64,000 nucleotides of DNA. Origin: a virus. The stretch covers positions 7,866 to 71,865 of IMG/VR virus record IMGVR_UViG_3300050034_000187; one strand, written 5' to 3'. Shown in pieces: positions 58,543-64,000 of this stretch. Made by a program: the position numbers and the translations under genes. Position 1 is the stretch's first letter, and every line of letters starts with the position of its first letter. The notes under the pieces were generated by a model. It searched no databases. It was not told the origin of the DNA and worked only from the letters and a program-made list of their open reading frames with translations.

Positions 58543-59112
58543 CTACCACAAGTACTGATCTTCCTCACAGTAGCACGACTGTTCAAACTGTTCAAGCTCT
58601 TCCTGCTCTTCCTGCTTCTCTAGTTCCTCGCGTCTACGATCTTCTTCATAGAGTTTATCCGCTTCATCGATTTCGTCTTCAATGTAGTCACTGAAGTAAT
58701 AATCTTCGATGCTATCCAATGCATCACGTCCATACCAGTCTGGAGTAGTATCAACCAAGCCAGAATTAAAATCGAGGTCATATCCATACCAATCATTCAC
58801 AACCGCAGAAAGCTCCTTCTTGAGAATGGCACGATCCCGGTGCCGAAGAACGCGCCGCATAGTACGGCGACAATCAGACTTCATGCAGCCGCGATTATGA
58901 TGATTGATAGAACCATCCTCACGAATTTCATTGTATGCAAGAGTGCCAAGGCAGGTCTTCCGGCCCTCTGCTCCCAAATCAGAGACATCAGCAATGCACA
59001 GCGGCATCAAACGAATATTCTCATAGGGACGAGTCTTGTAAGAATGATGGTAAACAGCGGTTGTATTCTTACTCTGCTTGTCATAAATCAAATGAGCGCA
59101 ATTCATATTCAT
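58543..59112 (-). CDS. Hypothetical protein with acidic tail
   Basis: Promoter TTGACT-17-TATTAT (59164-59136). Confidence 0.55.
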   Translation of the reverse strand: MNMNCAHLIYDKQSKNTTAVYHHSYKTRPYENIRLMPLCIADVSDLGAEGRKTCLGTLAYNEIREDGSINHHNRGCMKSDCRRTMRRVLRHRDRAILKKELSAVVNDWYGYDLDFNSGLVDTTPDWYGRDALDSIEDYYFSDYIEDEIDEADKLYEEDRRREELEKQEEQEELEQFEQSCYCEEDQYLW

Positions 59113-59167
59113 TGTCCTTTCGTATCAACAAATATATAATATCAAAGTTGGAAGAAAAAGTCAACAA

Positions 59168-59347
59168 TTAAAGCACAGCATCCTGCTCTTCCCTAATTTC
59201 AATCTCTTCCTCCAATTGCTGGAGTTCCTCTTCCATATCATTAATTTCCCAATCGTTAACATCAGGATCACGCCGCATATAGATGAGTTGCGAATATAAG
59301 CGATTATATCGCTCGGACATTTCATAAAGATCGGCATCAAATTCCAT
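59168..59347 (-). CDS. Small acidic coiled-coil protein (paralog B)
   Basis: Not in the ORF track; MEFDADLYEMSERYNRLYSQLIYMRRDPDV...; paralog of 60439-60609. Confidence 0.65.
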   Translation of the reverse strand: MEFDADLYEMSERYNRLYSQLIYMRRDPDVNDWEINDMEEELQQLEEEIEIREEQDAVL

Positions 59348-59356
59348 AATTCCCCC

Positions 59357-59671
59357 TTAAAACAACGAAGTATACAATCCAGTTTCAGATGTGAAAATCT
59401 CTTGTAATTGATCAAAAAACACATCCTTGTGAATTTCTACCAATTCGTTCTTCCCACCATTTTTGGTGAACCGAACATTACGAAACTCCATATCGTACAG
59501 ATCACGTTCATTCAAGGTAATCTCAACATAGGTAATCTTCTTGGCAGCATGCGGTACTTTGAATGACAACGAATTAATACTAGAATGAGAAACAAAGTTT
59601 TTCGCACCAGTCATTGCAATGAACTTACGGCCGCCAAGCTGTTCGAAAATCGTATGCGCAATGTCATTCAT
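59357..59671 (-). CDS. Phage hypothetical protein (A)
   Basis: I.EQLGG..F..MTGAK pattern; promoter TTGACA-17-TATTAT (59728-59700). Confidence 0.65.
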   Translation of the reverse strand: MNDIAHTIFEQLGGRKFIAMTGAKNFVSHSSINSLSFKVPHAAKKITYVEITLNERDLYDMEFRNVRFTKNGGKNELVEIHKDVFFDQLQEIFTSETGLYTSLF

Positions 59672-59756
59672 TTGATGCTCTCCTTGTGACTACTTTTATA
59701 TAATAGCAATTTTACTATTATATGTCAAGAAAAATATCCGTTTTTTTGCTGATGGG

Positions 59757-59822
59757 AAGTCCAATCGTAGACCCCGGCACCGATGATGACTTATTTCCGT
59801 GCTGCCAGAAATTTCTGATTGC
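59757..59822 (-). repeat. Duplicated 3' end of gene 60778-61212
   Basis: CAATCGTAGACCCCGG.ACCGATGATGACTTATTTCCGTGCTGCCAGAA occurs at ~59762 and ~60801. Confidence 0.9.
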
Positions 59823-59837
59823 AAATATTGTCAATAA

Positions 59838-60371
59838 TTAATTATTGACAATTTCCAGTCCTACTCCGATACTCAGCAAATACTTCTTTTGCTTATCGGT
59901 AAGTGCAATGCGACCGATCTCATTGCCGGTATTATCGGAAATAACCAACGAACTCCCCACCGAAAAAACAAGCTGCGACTTATCGTTAACTGCGTGCTTT
60001 GCCGCCATAACATCATTTTCGGTTACTCGCTTGCCGTTAAGGTAGTAGTACTTACTTCCATCGGGGTATTCAATCGCAGGACCATCTGTGCGGTGCAGAT
60101 TGCCGTTAAGGTAGTAGTACTTACTTCCGTCGGCATATTCGATAGCAGGACCATCTTCGCGGTGCAGCTTGCCGTTAAGGAAATATTCCTTAGTTCCATC
60201 GGCATATTCGATAGCAGGACCATCTTCGCGGTGCAGCTTGCCGTTAAGATAATAGCGAGTAGTTCCATCGGCATATTCGATAGCAGGACCATCTTCGCGG
60301 TGCAGCTTGCCGTTAAGATAATAGCGAGTAGTTCCATCGGCATCAGTTACAATCTTAATTTCCTTTTCCAT
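59838..60371 (-). CDS. MORN-like LHREDGPA repeat protein
   Basis: ~4.6 tandem 23-aa (69-bp) repeats; promoter TTGACA-17-TATTAT (60435-60407). Confidence 0.8.
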   Translation of the reverse strand: MEKEIKIVTDADGTTRYYLNGKLHREDGPAIEYADGTTRYYLNGKLHREDGPAIEYADGTKEYFLNGKLHREDGPAIEYADGSKYYYLNGNLHRTDGPAIEYPDGSKYYYLNGKRVTENDVMAAKHAVNDKSQLVFSVGSSLVISDNTGNEIGRIALTDKQKKYLLSIGVGLEIVNN

Positions 60372-60438
60372 TTGATTTTTCCCTTTCTGTTTTTGACTAC
60401 TCTTAAATAATAGCAAAGAATTGGATGGTTGTCAACGA

Positions 60439-60609
60439 TTAAATTACATCATAATTTTCTTCCATACTTTCGATTTCTTCATCAAGTTGCCGTAGTTCTT
60501 CTTCCATATCATCAATTTCCAAATCAGTTACATCAGGATCGCGACGCATATAGATAAGCTGTGAATTCAGCCGATTATATCGTTCAGTCAATTCATCAAT
60601 TGGTTTCAT
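60439..60609 (-). CDS. Small acidic coiled-coil protein (paralog B')
   Basis: ERYNRLNSQLIYMRRDPDV. Confidence 0.65.
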   Translation of the reverse strand: MKPIDELTERYNRLNSQLIYMRRDPDVTDLEIDDMEEELRQLDEEIESMEENYDVI

Positions 60610-60619
60610 AATTTCCTCC

Positions 60620-60770
60620 TTAAAACAATGAAGTATACAATTTGGTTTCCGATGTGAAAATATCTTGTAGCTGATCAAAAAATATATCCGTGTGAATTTC
60701 CACTAGTTAATTTTTCATACCAATTTTGGTATTCGAACATTGTGGAATTCTATGTCGTACAAATCAGCAT
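60620..60770 (-). pseudogene. Degraded 3' half copy of gene A (59357-59671)
   Basis: DLYDIEFHNVR then frameshift/stop, then LVEIHTDIFFDQLQDIFTSETKLYTSLF*. Confidence 0.75.
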
Positions 60771-60777
60771 ATTACTC

Positions 60778-61212
60778 CTATTTTTTGCTGATAGGGAGTA
60801 CAATCGTAGACCCCGGAACCGATGATGACTTATTTCCGTGCTGCCAGAAGTTGCGAATTGCATATGGTGCATCGTATGCCGAATCTACGAGTGGCAACCA
60901 CCGTGCGATACGCGGGTGCCGGGGGGCTACAAACTTTCTGATAGCCCACCACTCTACCGCGACGACCGCAATACCATACGCCTCATCTGCTGCACCATGT
61001 TGAGCAATCACTTCCGGGATGTTGTCCTCGTGTGCCCCATTACGGTTGCAATAATCCGTACTCGCGGCATCGAGAGATCGAACGCTCAACGAAGTCCACT
61101 GCTGCCATGTTGGGTGCGAGAAGCTAATCGATGGTTTCGGTGCATCCGGTAGCTGTGCTATGGTTGGTACACACAGCGCGAACATAATCACAATGTTTTT
61201 CATCACTTCCAT
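60778..61212 (-). CDS. Exported/membrane protein with signal peptide followed by AQLPDAPKP
   Basis: SD AAGGAG; promoter TTGACA-17-TATTAT (61281-61253); GC-rich. Confidence 0.6.
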   Translation of the reverse strand: MEVMKNIVIMFALCVPTIAQLPDAPKPSISFSHPTWQQWTSLSVRSLDAASTDYCNRNGAHEDNIPEVIAQHGAADEAYGIAVVAVEWWAIRKFVAPRHPRIARWLPLVDSAYDAPYAIRNFWQHGNKSSSVPGSTIVLPISKK

Positions 61213-61283
61213 CGTAATGCTCCTTTTCGGTTGGTAATTTTCCAACAAATAGATAATAGTAATCTTTCTTCCGAATGTCAAGA

Positions 61284-61311
61284 AAAATCCCCCAGATATC
61301 TGGGGGATTTT
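61284..61311. terminator. Terminator abutting the next promoter
   Basis: 28-bp perfect palindrome. Confidence 0.8.
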
Positions 61312-61312
61312 G

Positions 61313-62485
61313 TTATAGCCAATTAAATTTAGATGCATGGACGTGTCGGTTTAAAATAACCATATCCCCGTCTGGATTTTTATAAACGATTTTATCATTC
61401 AGTGGATCAAACGTTTGAATATCGGCATAGGTAATATGAATCTGCCCAGATCGTTCACTGCTTCCGTTTCGTTTGGAGGTAAATGATTTCTTGAGAGTAG
61501 AGCAAGGGGCCTCTCCATAGACATCCTCACAATCTCCTCCTGCAAACAAAGGAACAGTAGAATTATTCTCACTATCAAAATCAAAAGTATATTCAATTGA
61601 AAGAGGATCACCGCGCCATGTTACATGAGAAGAACATAATTCATAGGTTGGAATGTCTCCATAAATATGACTGATCAATTTTACATCATAGGTGATACCG
61701 CCGGAGAATTCGATTTTGGTATTCAGCATTCTAATTACTTTGGAAATAGGTTCATTATATCTATTAATTTCCTCAACAATTGCCTTCATCATATCAAAAT
61801 TAAAAGATGAAAACATCAATGAATACTTACAGATTTCATCAATATGCTCTGGATACTTTAATTTATCTTCGCAATAATCATGAATGAAAGTTTGATCCAA
61901 TCCTTCATATTCCATCATGTAATATATACGTCCGGGACGATTCTTCATATTAGAATCAATTCGATACTTATTATTACAAGTGATCAAATACAAATGCTTT
62001 GCTGAAAATACTCCATCAAATAAAGTAAGAATGGCTTCTTGTCCATCATCGTCATAGGTCTTTTCAAATTCATCAAAAATAATCACAGATGGCTGTTCAA
62101 TTGATTGAATGAAGGTGTTAAATTCTGGTCCAGAAAAATTAGTATCAATAATGATAGTTGGAATACCCTTCTTTAAAAGAGTAATACTGATTAATTTCGA
62201 AAGTAAAGTTTTTCCAGAACCTTTTTCTCCACATAAAAGGACCCCAGTTGAATTTTCTCGATCTTCAAAAGTAGAAATAATTCGATCAGAATCCTGTTGC
62301 GAATCTCCATAAATTTTTGATGGAACTTCAAATGAATCCACTACTTCTAAATAATATTCTCCCGTATTAGGATTTCGCTTAACAACATAGGTTCTTGCTG
62401 GAAGGACCTCATGAAGATCAAGAGATTCTTTTGACGCAATCCGATAACTATTTCCCGACTTCATGAAAACAAACTTTTCTGACAT
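61313..62485 (-). CDS. AAA+ ATPase
   Basis: LLCGEKGSGKT, IIFDEFEK, LITCN, NRPGRI. Confidence 0.88.
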   Translation of the reverse strand: MSEKFVFMKSGNSYRIASKESLDLHEVLPARTYVVKRNPNTGEYYLEVVDSFEVPSKIYGDSQQDSDRIISTFEDRENSTGVLLCGEKGSGKTLLSKLISITLLKKGIPTIIIDTNFSGPEFNTFIQSIEQPSVIIFDEFEKTYDDDGQEAILTLFDGVFSAKHLYLITCNNKYRIDSNMKNRPGRIYYMMEYEGLDQTFIHDYCEDKLKYPEHIDEICKYSLMFSSFNFDMMKAIVEEINRYNEPISKVIRMLNTKIEFSGGITYDVKLISHIYGDIPTYELCSSHVTWRGDPLSIEYTFDFDSENNSTVPLFAGGDCEDVYGEAPCSTLKKSFTSKRNGSSERSGQIHITYADIQTFDPLNDKIVYKNPDGDMVILNRHVHASKFNWL

Positions 62486-62552
62486 ATTTCTCCTCCATGG
62501 ATTTTAAATAATATTTTAAAAATACAATGTTTTTCATTTATTGGATTGGATC

Positions 62553-62894
62553 TTATTCATCAAAAATAATTCCTCGTTCCTTTTCAATTAAAAAATCTTT
62601 TTCTCGAAGAATAATATTTTTCCATGTATCATTGTGCAAGGAAACGTCGATACCTTCCAATAGAAGAATTCCATTCCTAATATCATGAATTTCATCAAGT
62701 CGGGATTGTGTAAACCTAGCAGCGTCTTCCCACGTATAAAATTCATAAGTATCAAAATCTTCTGAATTGAAACTATCACCAATAAAAATTATATCACGAT
62801 ATAACCGAACATGCTCCCAATGAGACTTTACAAATTTCTCATAGTCTTCCTCGGTATATATCACTGCCTTAACTTCGTTAATCATATTAATCAT
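62553..62894 (-). CDS. Hypothetical protein
   Basis: Operonic ORF. Confidence 0.5.
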   Translation of the reverse strand: MINMINEVKAVIYTEEDYEKFVKSHWEHVRLYRDIIFIGDSFNSEDFDTYEFYTWEDAARFTQSRLDEIHDIRNGILLLEGIDVSLHNDTWKNIILREKDFLIEKERGIIFDE

Positions 62895-63321
62895 CCTTCC
62901 TTACATCATCGATAAAATGCATAATTGAAACGGGAGAGCAATCATTAAAAGTAGCAATAACTTTCCCATCTTTAAGAACCTCAACGCCATCCATTCCATG
63001 AGTCCTCGTTTTGTAAACAGAAATTGGTTTATCGAGATAATTCTTGATGTTCTTCATACCGCTGTCAGAAATCTTAAAATTACAAATTTTAAGAATAGCA
63101 GCTTGCATTCGATCAAGCGGATAGGTATCTTCCTTAATAATATTCTTCATTTCTTTTTCAGCAAGCTCTTGAATAGTACTTTGAAGCTTCTTAATAATTT
63201 GATCTTTCTGCAACAACTCCCTTTTAAGTATTGATCGATCCCTTGCCACTTCATTTGGAACCCGAAGTAAAAAATCAGAAGAAACCGTTTCATCCGCCGC
63301 TTCCAAATCAGAATACATCAT
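62887..63321 (-). CDS. Hypothetical protein
   Basis: SD GGGAGA before MMYSD. Confidence 0.5.
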   Translation of the reverse strand: MMYSDLEAADETVSSDFLLRVPNEVARDRSILKRELLQKDQIIKKLQSTIQELAEKEMKNIIKEDTYPLDRMQAAILKICNFKISDSGMKNIKNYLDKPISVYKTRTHGMDGVEVLKDGKVIATFNDCSPVSIMHFIDDVRKDD

Positions 63322-63345
63322 CGTTCTCTCCTTATTCACTTTTCA

Positions 63346-63374
63346 AGTATATCAAACAGATATTATCTTGTCAA
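63346..63374 (-). promoter_or_regulatory. sigma70-type promoter whose -35 box lies in repeat copy 3
   Basis: TTGACA-17-TATACT. Confidence 0.85.
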
Positions 63375-63517
63375 GAAAATAATATTTTGGACGAATATCA
63401 TATAAAAAGATTATGGGTGGTTATATTAAAAGCACTATATCTTGTGTAGTAAATTATCATAGACAACTAGGTGCGACATGTTTTTCGTATAGATCTTTAC
63501 GGGTTTCCTGTCACTCT
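63369..63517. repeat. Dispersed intergenic repeat, copy 3 (inverted)
   Basis: Reverse complement of 30128-30273 with 3 substitutions. Confidence 0.97.
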
Positions 63518-63542
63518 CTTTATCAAAAATGTAAATAGAAGT

Positions 63543-64000
63543 ATGAGCAATTCATTAACTGGTTTTCAATTAATAGCAGCACAAGAACTAACGAGTGGAT
63601 CGGGATTATCTGCTCCTAATATAACTGCAAATTTAACAACATATGAATCTTTTGATACTGTAAATAATTATTCGTCAATATATTCTATATTAACAACTTC
63701 TAGTCCATCTGGATTATCGAGTGCGAATAATAATCTTTTAATTTCCATGGGATCGAATTCGTTCCCTCATTTATTTGATCAAACACCAACTGATTTCGCT
63801 TCTAATTTAGGATATGGTCCTCTTATTCCAAAAACATATTCTAGTACTAGTAATTTATTTTCCAATGGTGCAAATTCATATATTTCTAGTTTATCCATTG
63901 CACAATCATATGCAACGTCTGCTCAAGCAACTATTAGTAGCGCGGCCACAGCACAATGGACGAATGGGGCGCAGTCAACCATTACGGGAGGATTTTCTAA
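63543..64000 (+). CDS. Ser/Thr-rich probable structural protein (5' part, runs off the window)
   Basis: Not in the ORF track; TAAATA-N5-ATG; open to the window end. Confidence 0.55.
   Translation, partial: MSNSLTGFQLIAAQELTSGSGLSAPNITANLTTYESFDTVNNYSSIYSILTTSSPSGLSSANNNLLISMGSNSFPHLFDQTPTDFASNLGYGPLIPKTYSSTSNLFSNGANSYISSLSIAQSYATSAQATISSAATAQWTNGAQSTITGGFS

Noticed and set aside
59838-60371. DGR template/variable repeat or CRISPR
   Set aside because: Repeats are contiguous, in frame and coding, with no adenine-specific mismatch pattern and no RT nearby.
59889-60410. Alternative-frame repeat ORFs over the MORN-like gene
   Set aside because: By-products of the 69-bp repeat lacking stops; only the minus-strand frame has promoter and SD.
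1-64000. Genome-wide TAG or TGA recoding
   Set aside because: Long conserved genes are open in the standard code, and TAG ends genes directly before terminators or SD sites (4764, 35634, 47150, 57044).
1-64000. tRNA, rRNA, tmRNA genes and group I/II introns
   Set aside because: No T-loop/acceptor pattern recognised; all endonuclease genes are intergenic and conserved genes are uninterrupted.

Overview
AT-rich (~31% GC by eye) 64-kb segment of a large T4-like (jumbo-type) myophage genome, standard genetic code. 1-30.1 kb is morphogenesis: partial gp22-like core, gp21 protease, scaffold, portal, tape-measure-like protein, two signal-peptide fibre-like proteins, neck, dNMP kinase, sheath and two tube paralogs. 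This part is heavily invaded by Zn-ribbon/PD-(D/E)XK homing endonucleases and their remnants, and carries an MvaI/BcnI-family nuclease and a cassette of enzymes sharing an MRINEI N-terminal tag. 30.3-63.3 kb is mostly two converging arms of sigma70-promoter-driven genes: UvsW, clamp-loader small subunit, mini-DnaE, NUDIX, radical SAM, ATP-grasp, NADAR, GMP reductase, 2H phosphoesterase, secreted nuclease, RelE/YafQ-like toxin with an overlapping small ORF, lipase, Rnl5-type RNA ligase, AAA ATPase and many small hypotheticals. The block is bounded by a 146-bp inverted repeat that has a third copy at 18.7 kb. Best leads: (1) a 210-nt GC-rich element closed by a perfect 26-bp stem next to the RNA ligase; (2) a radical SAM/SPASM enzyme with three proteins sharing an MKIRxGFxSNSSSSSF-type leader; (3) putative capsid-packaged, protease-processed effector enzymes; (4) an orphan MvaI-like nuclease in a genome where I could find no CCWGG site; (5) the three-copy intergenic element. 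No tRNA, rRNA, CRISPR array or reverse transcriptase seen. All family assignments come from motif recognition by eye, not database searches.
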